Assembly (NCBI GenBank): GCA_038319675.1
Contig: JBBQDM010000003.1
Coordinates: forward strand, 201,997-265,996
DNA from: Vicinamibacterales bacterium
GTDB lineage: Bacteria > Acidobacteriota > Vicinamibacteria > Vicinamibacterales > SCN-69-37
Direction of reading: 5' to 3'
DNA length: 64,000 bases
In this document: one piece after another, positions 49,176 through 57,913 of the stretch
Layout: the number at the start of each line of letters is the position of its first letter
How positions within the stretch are numbered: the first letter of the stretch is position 1
The notes under the pieces: model-generated
Told to the model about the DNA's origin: nothing
Seen by the model: only the letters and a program-made list of their open reading frames with translations
Databases searched by the model: none
Position numbers and translations under genes: made by a program

Positions 49176-50102
49176 GTGTGCATGGCTCTCGCACTTCGAT
49201 CAACGACTCGTCCGGTTGCGCGGCGTTCCGCCCGATCGGCCCCTCGCTCGGTAGACCGGCCCCGACACCAGTTCTCGATCGGCCGCTCCACCTTCCGTTT
49301 TTACCTCGGCGACTGTGTCCCGGTGATGGGGAGGCTTGCGCCCCACAGCATCGACGCCATTGTCACCTCCCCGCCCTACAACCTCGGGATCAAATACCGA
49401 ACCTACGAGGATGACATTCCGCGCTCGGAATACCTCGCGTGGACCGATCAGTGGCTGCGCGCGGCGTCAAAGCTGAGTCAGCCGGGTGGCTCGCTGTTCC
49501 TGAACGTTGGCGCCAAACCCACCGACCCGTGGATTCCACTTGAGGTGGCACAGGTCGCGCGACGCTACTTCAAGCTGCAGAACACGATTCACTGGGTCAA
49601 GTCGATTGCCATCGATCGCGAGTCCACCAGTGATGCGTCGGGCATCGACCGCGACCTGGCCGTGGGTCACTACAAACCGATCAACAGCGACCGGTTCGTG
49701 AACGATTGCCACGAATACATCTTTCACCTCACGCCGGCCGGCACGACCAAACTGGACCGCCGCGCCGTGGGTGTGCCCTATCAGGACAAGTCCAACGCCG
49801 CGCGCTGGGCCACTGGAGGCGACGGCAAACGCTGCCGCGGCAATACCTGGTTCATCCCGTACGAAACCATCCAGAGCCGCGACCGTGACCGTCCGCACCC
49901 GGCGTGTTTCCCGCCCAAGGTGCCCGAGCAGTGCCTGCGCCTGCATGGGGTTGACCGTGTCACCACCGTGCTCGACCCCTTCCTTGGCCTCGGCAACACG
50001 GCGATCGCCGCCGGTCGCCTCGGGTTGAATTTTGTGGGGATCGAACTGGACGAACACTATCTGGAAGAAGCCGTCTCGCGGGTCCGCGAAGCGCTCAAAT
50101 AA
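49176..50102 (+). CDS. site-specific DNA methyltransferase, beta class (motif IV SPPY before motif I), possibly N4-cytosine
   Basis: FYLGDC..IDAIVTSPPYNL (motif IV), HPACFP, VLDPFLGLGNTAIAA (motif I). No adjacent endonuclease ORF is seen. Confidence 0.85.
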   Translation: MCMALALRSTTRPVARRSARSAPRSVDRPRHQFSIGRSTFRFYLGDCVPVMGRLAPHSIDAIVTSPPYNLGIKYRTYEDDIPRSEYLAWTDQWLRAASKLSQPGGSLFLNVGAKPTDPWIPLEVAQVARRYFKLQNTIHWVKSIAIDRESTSDASGIDRDLAVGHYKPINSDRFVNDCHEYIFHLTPAGTTKLDRRAVGVPYQDKSNAARWATGGDGKRCRGNTWFIPYETIQSRDRDRPHPACFPPKVPEQCLRLHGVDRVTTVLDPFLGLGNTAIAAGRLGLNFVGIELDEHYLEEAVSRVREALK

Positions 50103-50155
50103 CAGTCCGCAGTCCGCAGTCCGCGGTCCGCGGTCCGGCCAGAGGCCTGGCTCTC

Positions 50156-50183
50156 ACAACGGCTAAAGCCCTTGTGCTCCGTA
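50156..50183 (+). repeat. REP-like element, half copy D
   Basis: ACAACGGCTAAAGCCCTTGTGCTCCGTA resembles the second hairpin plus tail of copies B and C. Confidence 0.55.
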
Positions 50184-50184
50184 C

Positions 50185-50232
50185 GAAAAAACGCCCCGAC
50201 CAGCACTTGCTGATCGGGGCGTTCGTGTTTTC
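50185..50232. terminator. bidirectional intrinsic terminator between convergent MTase and TBDR genes
   Basis: AAAAAACGCCCCGACCAGCACTTGCTGATCGGGGCGTTCGTGTTTTC: a GC stem flanked by an A-tract and a T-rich tract. Confidence 0.65.
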
Positions 50233-50266
50233 GGACTGCGGACCGCGAACTGCGGACCGCGGACTG

Positions 50267-53200
50267 CTAGAACCGGAGGCGTCCGCCCAGCTGCATCTGC
50301 CACCGCGACCGGAGGTCGTCGCGGTTGAACGGACGGAAGCTGGAGCCGGTCAGGAAGCTGACGTTGTAGGCCGTGATCACGCCGTTGCTCAATGTCGCGG
50401 TCACCGGGGCGACCGAGTTGAACGTGGCGTATTCCTGCTGGCCCCAACCTGAGTTGAGCAGGTTGAACACGTTCAGCACGTCGAGCGTCACTTCCGCCTT
50501 CACGCGCTGGAACGGCAGGGCCACGTTGAGCCGGAAGTCGAGCGTGTTCGACCACGGCGCGCGGCAGACGTTACGCGGGATGATCTGACCGATGAAGTCG
50601 GTCAGGCAACCGCTGTTCTGGAGGTAGTTGATCAGGTTCTGGTGCGTGCCACCCGTGAACGGGATCTCGCTGGCGCTGGCTGGGATGTAGAGCAGGTCGC
50701 TCGACCGTCCGTCGCCGTTGACGTCATTAAAGAACCGCAGCGTGTAGGGACGACCCGACTGACCCGAGTAGTACAGCGAGGTGGTCGCCGTGGCCCCACC
50801 AAACAGCGGGATCTCCTTCGACATCGAGAACGTCACGCGGTGACCGGGATCGTAGACCGAGGTGGCCAGTTCCGGCTCGTTGGGGTTGGTGCGAATCAGG
50901 GTGTTGCCCCAGTTCGACGCGGCCTGGCTCGACGTGCCGTCCATGATCGACTTGGACCGGCCGTAGAGGTAGGAGCTCGAGAAGTACCAGCCGTTGCTGA
51001 ACGGACGCCGCAGTTCGGCCACGCCGCTCCACGAGTAGCCTTCACTCGAGTTGGTGAGGAAGATCACATCGCTGAAGTCGTTGTTCACGCGCGTATAGCG
51101 CGGGATGTTGCCCACCGGCTGCACGAGGCCGGAGGCCACGCGGTTCAGGTTCTGGTACTTGACGTCCTGAATGTCCTTGGTGAACAGACCTTCCACCGAG
51201 CCCACCAGGCCCCACGGCAGTTCGCGCTCGTAGGCGAGGTTGCCACGCAGCAACACCGGGTAGCTGTAGTCAGGATCGACCAGGTCAATCTCGTTGGTGA
51301 ACGACGACCCACCGGCCCCAGTCACGGTCGTGGGCTGTCCGGCGGCGTTGGTCACGTACGGAATGCGGTTGTTGCCGTTGTTCGACGCCCCGATGCGCTG
51401 GAACTCGATGCCGGTGTTGCCGTACTGGTTCGACAGCCACACGTACGGCGTGCGACCCGAGAACATGCCGAGGCCGCCGCGCAGCTGCTGCGTGCCGTCC
51501 GACTTGATGTCCCAGTTGAAGCCGAGACGCGGCGAGTAGTTCAGACCACCAGGCGTCGTGTCGGTCGCGTAGCCGAAGTTGGCTACCGCTGCGGGGTTCG
51601 CGGTCGGCTTGTCCGGGAAGAGCGGCACGTCGACACGCGCGCCCATCGTCAGCGTCACGTTCGGACGCACCCGCCACTGGTCGCCGATGTAGAGGCCCAG
51701 CGAGCGCACGGCAAACGCCGCGGCCGGCTTGCCCGGATCCACCGGGTAGCTGTAGTCGAACTGCTGCGCCAGCCCCTGGTCGAAGAAGTCCAGCGAGTTG
51801 AACGTGTAGGTGCCGAAGTTGTCACGGATGAACAGGTTCCGGAACTTGAAGAACTCGTTGTGCGTGCCAATCGTGATCGTGTGCTGGCCGCGGATCATCG
51901 TGAAGTCGTCGTGGATTTCCACAATGTCCTGGTCGAGTTCGTTGGCCGTCGAGAAGTTCTCGCGACCGACCGTCATCTGAATGCCGCTGGCGATGCGCAC
52001 CGTTGTGCGCGGGAACGCCTTCGTCTCGAACGGCTGTCCTCCACGACGGTCGCGCACGCGCGTGTACGCCACACGGAACTCGTTCACGGCGTTGCCGAAC
52101 GTCGAGTTGAGCTGCATCACCGAGCTGTTGGTCTTGGACCGGATCCGGTAGAACCCATCAGGCGTCGTGTACGACGTACGGCCCGTGCCGCCGATGTCGT
52201 TCAGGCCGTCCACGTAGTTATGACGCACCGTCAGCCGATGCTGGCTGTTGAGGTTGACGTCGATCTTGCCGAGGAACTTGTCGGAGTCGGTCGTGCGGCT
52301 GAACGTCTCACGCGCGTTCGGCACCGTGTAGCCGTACTTCGACTCGAGGATGTTGAAGAAGCGATCGACATCGGCCGGGGCGCCGGCAAACGTCTGGCCG
52401 CAGCCCGTGATGCAGAAGCCGGTCGGCGTGGAGCGACGACCCCAGTCGGCGCTACCGAAGAAAAACGCCTTGTTTTCGATCAGGCGGCCACCGACGGTCC
52501 CGCCCATCTGCTGGTCCTTGAAATTGGCCACAGGCGTCCCGGTGATGCCCTCGCCAATCCAGTCCTGGTTGCGGCCGAAGTAGAACACCGTGCCGCTGAG
52601 CTGGTTGGAACCACTCTTGGTCACAGCATTGATGCCGCCACCCGAGAAGCCGCCCTGACGCACGTCGTACGGCGACACCACGAGCTGAATCTGCGCGATC
52701 GCATCAAAGCTGATCGGCTGCGTATCGGTCTGGCCACCGGGGGTGCCGGTCGCCGCCAGGCCGAACAGGTCGTTGTTCACCGCGCCGTCGATCTGGATGC
52801 TGTTGTAGCGTTCGTTGCGCCCCGCCACCGACACGGCCGTGACCGAGTTGTTCTGCGTGATCGCGTTGAAGTACGGGTTGGAGCGCACGACGTCGATCAG
52901 GCTGCGCGAGATCGTCGGCAGGGTTTCCTTGACTTCGGTCGAGATGTTCGCCGACGTGCCGGCACGCAGGGTGTCGATCACCGGCGCGGCGCCCGTGACG
53001 GTCACGGTCTCGGCAACCGATTCGAGCCGCAGGGTGAAGTTGAGCGCACGTTCCTCACCGAGGTTGACCGTGATACCCGTCTGTTCGTCCACTCGGAAAC
53101 CCGGCATGGTGACGGTCACCGTGTAGGGTCCGCCCGAACGCACGTTCAGGAGCGAGTAGCGGCCATCGGCCTGCGTCACGCTCTCGTACGTCGTGCCGGT

Positions 53201-53374
53201 CGGCACATGAATCGCGACAACCGTCGCCCCGGGCAGCACGCCGCCCTGTGGGTCAACGACCGCGCCCGAAATGACACCGGTCGTAACGGTCTGCGCGGTC
53301 GCAGGAACCGACCCGACCAGCGCCAGACCCAGCACCAGGCTGAGGCACAGCGTAGCCTTGCTCAACAACTTCAT
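50267..53374 (-). CDS. TonB-dependent receptor-like outer-membrane protein with carboxypeptidase-regulatory-like domain
   Basis: Signal peptide MKLLSKATLCLSLVLGLALVGSVPATAQ. ISGAVVDPQGGVLPGATVVAIH. C-terminal ..WQMQLGGRLRF. Confidence 0.9.
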   Translation of the reverse strand: MKLLSKATLCLSLVLGLALVGSVPATAQTVTTGVISGAVVDPQGGVLPGATVVAIHVPTGTTYESVTQADGRYSLLNVRSGGPYTVTVTMPGFRVDEQTGITVNLGEERALNFTLRLESVAETVTVTGAAPVIDTLRAGTSANISTEVKETLPTISRSLIDVVRSNPYFNAITQNNSVTAVSVAGRNERYNSIQIDGAVNNDLFGLAATGTPGGQTDTQPISFDAIAQIQLVVSPYDVRQGGFSGGGINAVTKSGSNQLSGTVFYFGRNQDWIGEGITGTPVANFKDQQMGGTVGGRLIENKAFFFGSADWGRRSTPTGFCITGCGQTFAGAPADVDRFFNILESKYGYTVPNARETFSRTTDSDKFLGKIDVNLNSQHRLTVRHNYVDGLNDIGGTGRTSYTTPDGFYRIRSKTNSSVMQLNSTFGNAVNEFRVAYTRVRDRRGGQPFETKAFPRTTVRIASGIQMTVGRENFSTANELDQDIVEIHDDFTMIRGQHTITIGTHNEFFKFRNLFIRDNFGTYTFNSLDFFDQGLAQQFDYSYPVDPGKPAAAFAVRSLGLYIGDQWRVRPNVTLTMGARVDVPLFPDKPTANPAAVANFGYATDTTPGGLNYSPRLGFNWDIKSDGTQQLRGGLGMFSGRTPYVWLSNQYGNTGIEFQRIGASNNGNNRIPYVTNAAGQPTTVTGAGGSSFTNEIDLVDPDYSYPVLLRGNLAYERELPWGLVGSVEGLFTKDIQDVKYQNLNRVASGLVQPVGNIPRYTRVNNDFSDVIFLTNSSEGYSWSGVAELRRPFSNGWYFSSSYLYGRSKSIMDGTSSQAASNWGNTLIRTNPNEPELATSVYDPGHRVTFSMSKEIPLFGGATATTSLYYSGQSGRPYTLRFFNDVNGDGRSSDLLYIPASASEIPFTGGTHQNLINYLQNSGCLTDFIGQIIPRNVCRAPWSNTLDFRLNVALPFQRVKAEVTLDVLNVFNLLNSGWGQQEYATFNSVAPVTATLSNGVITAYNVSFLTGSSFRPFNRDDLRSRWQMQLGGRLRF

Positions 53375-53542
53375 CCTCGTCTCCAGTAATAAAAGTAACG
53401 GGTAGCGATCCGACGGTCACGTGGTGGGACTCACCCGCCCGATGACCGCCCGCCAGTATAGCAGGAGCCGGGGCGGCCCAGGACCGGGCCAATGTCACAG
53501 CCAGGTTAAATCGAGACGCTGCCCGGGAACGGGCACGGCGCG

Positions 53543-54832
53543 TCAGCGGCGGCGCGGAATAGGCAGGGCCCACTGCGTGCGGTGCACCACCTCAAGGTCG
53601 GGCCGGTTGACCGTCACCTCGATATTCCGCACCCGGCGCATGGGGTCCGGGTTGTTGGAGTAGTACCGCAGCATGTAGTAGTCGCTGGTTTCGGCGTCGA
53701 TTCGCTCCAACCCCCGCTTGAAGTCGTTGGAATTGCAGATGCAGAACCCACCAGTCAGGTCCGCAATGGTCTTGAGGGAATCCACCGTCGTCTGCACGTA
53801 GCCGCGCCACTCCGCCGTCGACAGCTGTGGGCCACCGATATCCGGACCGGCAATCAGGCCGCGGGGATCGATGGTGTAAAACGTGGCGTTGGCACGGTTG
53901 GCCGCACGCGTCAGCTCCGCCAGCTGCGACACCAGATCCGACTGGGAAAATCCAAAGCTGCCCGACTGGAACGGATTGATCGTGGTGCTGTTGGATTGAT
54001 CGTCGCCGCTTGCCCCACCGGTGCCCGAGCCGTCGTCGCGCGGAGAGGGCCGCGAATACCGCTCCTGCTCCTGCTTCCAGCGGGCATCGGTAAAGGGATT
54101 AAAGTCGTAGCCCGCACTCAGGTAGATAAACGCCTTGCGCCGCGTGTTGAGCGACTTGAGCTGCTCGAGCAGATCGTACGCGGTCGAAAAGGCCACGTTC
54201 ACGCGGTGGCGAATTTCCTGCGGACCGGAGGTCGAGGAGGGCGCCTCGAGAATTTCCTGCACGGACATGCCGTTGCCCATGACCTTCCGCACGGCTTCCC
54301 TGATTCGGCTGCGGTCGTAGGTCGGGCTGATTTCGATCGAGGACGGGCCCGTCGACACGATGGCAAACTGGTCGCCGTCATGAATGAGCGTGTTGGTGAT
54401 TTGCGTCAACAACTGGCGCACCCGCGGCGAGTCGGATGCCAGTAGATGCAAATCGTCAATAAACAGAATAAAAAAACGCCCGGCGACGTCAGCGGCAGGC
54501 CGTGTGGGCGGCAGGATGATGCCTTCAGGTGCCGGTGTCGGCGAGGCCAGCACTTCCACGGACAGTTCCCGGCCACCGTGATTGAGCCGGAAGTCGGTCA
54601 GGCTCTGCGGCACTCCATCTTCGAGCACGACAAAGTCGGAGGACCGAAGGTCCGGCACGAACTGGCCGTTTTTGTCCCGGACAATGACGTCCAGACTGAC
54701 GAGGTCAACCTGGCTCGTGAAAATCGGGCGCTGGGGTGACTGCGTGGTGCTCTGCTGCCCGCTCAGGCTCGCGGTCGCCAGCAGGGTCATCAACAACAGT
54801 GACAGAGGGGTCAGGCGCGGTGTTACGTGCAT
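53543..54832 (-). CDS. secreted VWA domain protein (acidobacterial VWFA type)
   Basis: Signal peptide. RPIFTSQVDLVSLDVIVRDKNG..VVLEDGVPQ, FFILFIDDLH, FYTIDPRGL, DYYMLRYYS..IEVTVNRP. Confidence 0.88.
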   Translation of the reverse strand: MHVTPRLTPLSLLLMTLLATASLSGQQSTTQSPQRPIFTSQVDLVSLDVIVRDKNGQFVPDLRSSDFVVLEDGVPQSLTDFRLNHGGRELSVEVLASPTPAPEGIILPPTRPAADVAGRFFILFIDDLHLLASDSPRVRQLLTQITNTLIHDGDQFAIVSTGPSSIEISPTYDRSRIREAVRKVMGNGMSVQEILEAPSSTSGPQEIRHRVNVAFSTAYDLLEQLKSLNTRRKAFIYLSAGYDFNPFTDARWKQEQERYSRPSPRDDGSGTGGASGDDQSNSTTINPFQSGSFGFSQSDLVSQLAELTRAANRANATFYTIDPRGLIAGPDIGGPQLSTAEWRGYVQTTVDSLKTIADLTGGFCICNSNDFKRGLERIDAETSDYYMLRYYSNNPDPMRRVRNIEVTVNRPDLEVVHRTQWALPIPRRR

Positions 54833-55439
54833 CGGTATTGTCTCGCTCTCCGATTATGACATCGCCAGAGTCCGTCTGGTCTTTTCCGCCTCGTCGGCCA
54901 CGCCGACGTTTGGGCAATTGCGCCGACACCGCGTCCAACACACGGTCGGCCCCACGCCCACGCTGGGCGATCGTGTCTGGGTCGGTCCACCCCTCCGGAT
55001 TGGCGGCGGCCAGTTCCCCCATCAGTCGATCCCGCTCTTCGGGCGTCCGGGCGCGGCGGCTCACCCGTTGCGCCACCTCGGCATACCGGTGCCGCAAACG
55101 CGCGGCCTCCGCAGCCCCCACCACCTGTCCCAACGGGGAATCATCGTCAGGCACCCGCGGGGCACTGGGCCGTTCGGCCCGAGGTGCCGGTCGCGCCGTG
55201 GCTCCCCCGCTGGTGCGACCGGGCTTCTGGGGCCGTGCCCCTCGGCCGCCCCGCCCACGTTCGCGTGGGTCACTGGGATCCACCCGCGGCTGCCGGGCCG
55301 GCATCGGATTGTCGCGCAGCAGCCCGTTCCAGTCGAACGTCAGATCCGGATGGGTGTGCTCGAGCGCTTCGCGGACTTCCGAGTCGAGGGGCTGACGCCC
55401 GACCTGCACATGCGACGGCGACCGGAACAGATACAACAC
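54705..55439 (-). CDS. Arg-rich hypothetical protein; coding signal probably extends upstream to 55538
   Basis: GC3-rich ORF. The first canonical start is GTG 55439, but the 33 codons upstream (to the TAA of the preceding gene, same frame) also look coding. The 3' end overlaps the VWA gene by 128 nt. Confidence 0.6.
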   Translation of the reverse strand: MLYLFRSPSHVQVGRQPLDSEVREALEHTHPDLTFDWNGLLRDNPMPARQPRVDPSDPRERGRGGRGARPQKPGRTSGGATARPAPRAERPSAPRVPDDDSPLGQVVGAAEAARLRHRYAEVAQRVSRRARTPEERDRLMGELAAANPEGWTDPDTIAQRGRGADRVLDAVSAQLPKRRRGRRGGKDQTDSGDVIIGERDNTDARNTAPDPSVTVVDDPAGDREPERAAEHHAVTPAPDFHEPG

Positions 55440-55538
55440 CTTCGTGCTGGGCTGCCCGGTGGCCGGACGTGAGGCATGCAGGACGTACGTGCTGTCGTAC
55501 CCACGCTTGTCGTGGGCGTGGCGGATAAACGGCAGAAC

Positions 55539-56480
55539 TTACCTCTTCTTCGACTTCGCGGTCGGCTTTTTCTTGACCGCGGTCTTTTTGGCGGCCACCT
55601 TTTTGGCGGCCGGCTTCTTCGCGATGGTTTTTTTGGCGACAGCCTTTTTCACGACGGTCTTTTTGGCTGGCGCCTTCTTGACTGGAGCTTTTTTTGTAGG
55701 GGCCTTGGCCTTGGCCGCCTTGGCTGGCGGCGCGGGCTTTGCGGCCGCCTTGGGTGTCTTGGCCGCCTTGGCTGGCGGTGCCACCTTCACGGGCGCGACA
55801 GGTGCCGGAGTCGGAGTGGCGGCCACCGGGGCCACCGCTGCAGCCTTGGGGGCCTTCGGTGTGGTCTGTGTGCGTGACGCACGGTTCTTGCTGGCGAGCC
55901 GGGCGGCTTCGCGACTGGCCTGCTTGGCGGCTTCGCGCGACCCGATACGCGCCAGAATCTCTTCGACCGCTTCGAGCGCCGGTTGTGGTTTCGGCGCGTC
56001 AGCGACCTTGGGCATGACGACCACTTTGGCCGCCGGCCCCTTGCCGGCCTTGCCGCTGGCCTGCGGATCGTCAAACACGCGCACAAGATCAAACCCGTCA
56101 AACAACGGTCGATAGGTCCAAATCTCGGCGACCGCCACCTGATGCTGTTCGCAGAACCGGCGCGCGGCGTCGTACATCAAGACCGGCACGTACAGCGAAA
56201 ACGGCACTTTCGACTTACCGAAGTGCACCCACTGCGCCAGGGCTTCGAGTTTGTTGGTGGACTCCCCGGTCTCGATTTCGATGACCCGGACCGGCTTTTT
56301 GGAGTCCTGCAGGATCAAGTCCGGAAAGTACGTGCCGGTGCCGACCTTGAGGGCAAAGTCCCGGGCATCGCCCTTATTGGTCAGGACTTCGTACTTCTTG
56401 TCATGGGCGGCCTCAAGGAACCCGATCAAACGATCGTGCTCGGCCTGTTCACGCGCGGGGCGAATATAGATGGGCGACAC
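55539..56480 (-). CDS. PD-(D/E)xK-like N-terminal domain protein with histone-H1-like Lys/Ala/Pro-rich C-terminal tail
   Basis: GTG 56480 is preceded by GGAGG (alternative TTG at 56540). YFPDLIL..VRVIEIETGES is a nuclease-like motif (inference). The tail has repeated AKKxxAKK/PAKAAK over about 110 aa. Confidence 0.7.
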   Translation of the reverse strand: MSPIYIRPAREQAEHDRLIGFLEAAHDKKYEVLTNKGDARDFALKVGTGTYFPDLILQDSKKPVRVIEIETGESTNKLEALAQWVHFGKSKVPFSLYVPVLMYDAARRFCEQHQVAVAEIWTYRPLFDGFDLVRVFDDPQASGKAGKGPAAKVVVMPKVADAPKPQPALEAVEEILARIGSREAAKQASREAARLASKNRASRTQTTPKAPKAAAVAPVAATPTPAPVAPVKVAPPAKAAKTPKAAAKPAPPAKAAKAKAPTKKAPVKKAPAKKTVVKKAVAKKTIAKKPAAKKVAAKKTAVKKKPTAKSKKR

Positions 56481-56595
56481 GAGGCCTCCGACGCCGTTAG
56501 GGCACACGCCAAATCGGGCCAACTGCCTACCTGGCAGCAAGATAACGGCGATGACATCGTAACACTAAACGCCTGCGGGCCTGTACAATTCCCAT

Positions 56596-56967
56596 GTGGC
56601 GCATATCCTCATCGTCGATGACGACCGTGTGGTCGGCGAGACATTTGCGAGGATGTTGACCCTGGAAGGCCATCGGGTCACAACTGTGCAGAGTGCGGAA
56701 TCGGCTCTCACAGCGGCCGGGGCCGACCTGCCGGATGCGTTGATCCTCGACATGCGCATGCCGGTCGTCAGCGGTCTCGATTTTCTTCGGCAGCTCCGGC
56801 GCGACCCGCACCTGCGCGAGATGCCGGTGGCCATTGTGACCGGCGACTATTTTCTGAATGAGCCCGTGTTGGCCGAGATGCGGGCCCTGGGCGCGACGGT
56901 GCGCTACAAACCGCTGTGGATGGACGACTTGAGCGCACTGGCGCAGTCACTCCTGACGAAAGGCTGA
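56596..56967 (+). CDS. single-domain response regulator (CheY-like receiver)
   Basis: ILIVDDD, ALILDMRMP (phospho-Asp), VAIVTG, YKP. GTG start lies 6 nt after a TACAAT box. Confidence 0.9.
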   Translation: MAHILIVDDDRVVGETFARMLTLEGHRVTTVQSAESALTAAGADLPDALILDMRMPVVSGLDFLRQLRRDPHLREMPVAIVTGDYFLNEPVLAEMRALGATVRYKPLWMDDLSALAQSLLTKG

Positions 56968-56972
56968 CCCAC

Positions 56973-57890
56973 ATGTCCCCTCGTACCGTGCATCTGCTTG
57001 GCGCGCCACTCGACCTGGGTGGTGGTCGGCGTGGTGTGGACATGGGTCCGTCGGCGGTCCGCATTGCCGGCCTCGGGGAACGCCTGATGGCCCTGGGCTA
57101 CACGGTGGTGGACAAGGGCGACCTGCTCTCGCCGATTCCGGAAACGCGCGTGGCGCGTGACCCGAGCAAGCGCTACATCAAGGACATCGCGCGTGTGTGC
57201 CAGAAGGTGTATCAGCAGACCTGGCAGTCGTTGTCGGTCGGCGCAGTGCCGCTCGTGATCGGCGGCGATCACTCTGTGGCGGCCGGGTCGGTGGGGGCGT
57301 CAGCAGACTACGCCGCGGCCCAGGGTGGTTCGCTCGGCGTCCTGTGGGTTGATGCACACGGCGACATGAACACGCCGCAAACCACCACGTCGGGCAATGT
57401 GCACGGCATGCCGCTGGCGGCGCTCGTGGGCACCGAGCCGACGGAACTCGCCCAGTTGGGCACGGCGCGATCCCCTAAACTCCGGCCGGAGTCGGTGGTC
57501 CTGATCGGCATCAGAAATCTGGATGAGGCCGAAAAGCGTCGGATTCGGGAATCCGGCGTGCACGTCTTCACGATGAAGGATATCGATCGCGACGGCATCG
57601 CCCGCGTGATGGAGCGCGCGCTGGCGATCGCCACGGCCGGGACCACGGGCTTGCATGTGTCGTTTGATCTCGACGTGTGTGATCCGGCCATTGCGCCCGG
57701 CGTGGGCACCCCAGTGAAGGGCGGCCTCGACTACCGCGAAGCACACATGGTGATGGAGATGATCGCGGACTCGGGCAAGTTGACCGCGCTCGACCTGGTC
57801 GAGATCAATCCGATTCTCGATCACCAGAATCAAACGGCGGTGCTCGGCACGGAACTGGCCCTCTCGGCGTTGGGCCAGAAAATTCTGTAG
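56973..57890 (+). CDS. rocF: arginase (ureohydrolase family)
   Basis: Start at ATG 56973. GGDHSVA, WVDAHGDMNTP, VSFDLDVCDP, and E..N manganese-ligand motifs. Confidence 0.85.
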   Translation: MSPRTVHLLGAPLDLGGGRRGVDMGPSAVRIAGLGERLMALGYTVVDKGDLLSPIPETRVARDPSKRYIKDIARVCQKVYQQTWQSLSVGAVPLVIGGDHSVAAGSVGASADYAAAQGGSLGVLWVDAHGDMNTPQTTTSGNVHGMPLAALVGTEPTELAQLGTARSPKLRPESVVLIGIRNLDEAEKRRIRESGVHVFTMKDIDRDGIARVMERALAIATAGTTGLHVSFDLDVCDPAIAPGVGTPVKGGLDYREAHMVMEMIADSGKLTALDLVEINPILDHQNQTAVLGTELALSALGQKIL

Positions 57891-57899
57891 TGCTACAAT
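57891..57899 (+). promoter_or_regulatory. extended -10 box TGCTACAAT upstream of tRNA-Lys
   Basis: Lies 14 nt before the mature tRNA 5' end. Confidence 0.45.
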
Positions 57900-57913
57900 C
57901 GTCCTTCTCAGTG

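Larger units (their letters stand above)
50103..50266. repeat. palindromic intergenic element with heptamer tandem-repeat arms (element F)
   Basis: Left (CAGTCCG)x3(CGGTCCG)x2 mirrors right CGGACTGCGGACCGCGAACTGCGGACCGCGGACTG. Encloses a half REP and a terminator hairpin. Confidence 0.85.

Noticed and set aside
50103-50266. Possible CRISPR array. Also considered for 15919-16014, 9860-9887 and 33864-34030.
   Set aside because: The repeats are 7-13 bp and contiguous or mirrored, with no 25-40-bp unique spacers. No cas genes are in the window.
53455-53460. TATACT box (minus strand) as the promoter of the second TBDR gene.
   Set aside because: No acceptable -35 at 16-18 nt spacing could be found, so it is too weak to report as a feature.
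55444-56115. Plus-strand 223-aa ORF rich in Ala/Phe/Leu/Gly that looks like a membrane or low-complexity protein.
   Set aside because: It is the antisense reading of the Lys/Ala-rich H1-like tail (AAG/GCC repeats read as CTT/GGC). The minus-strand frame has an RBS and a structured N-domain.
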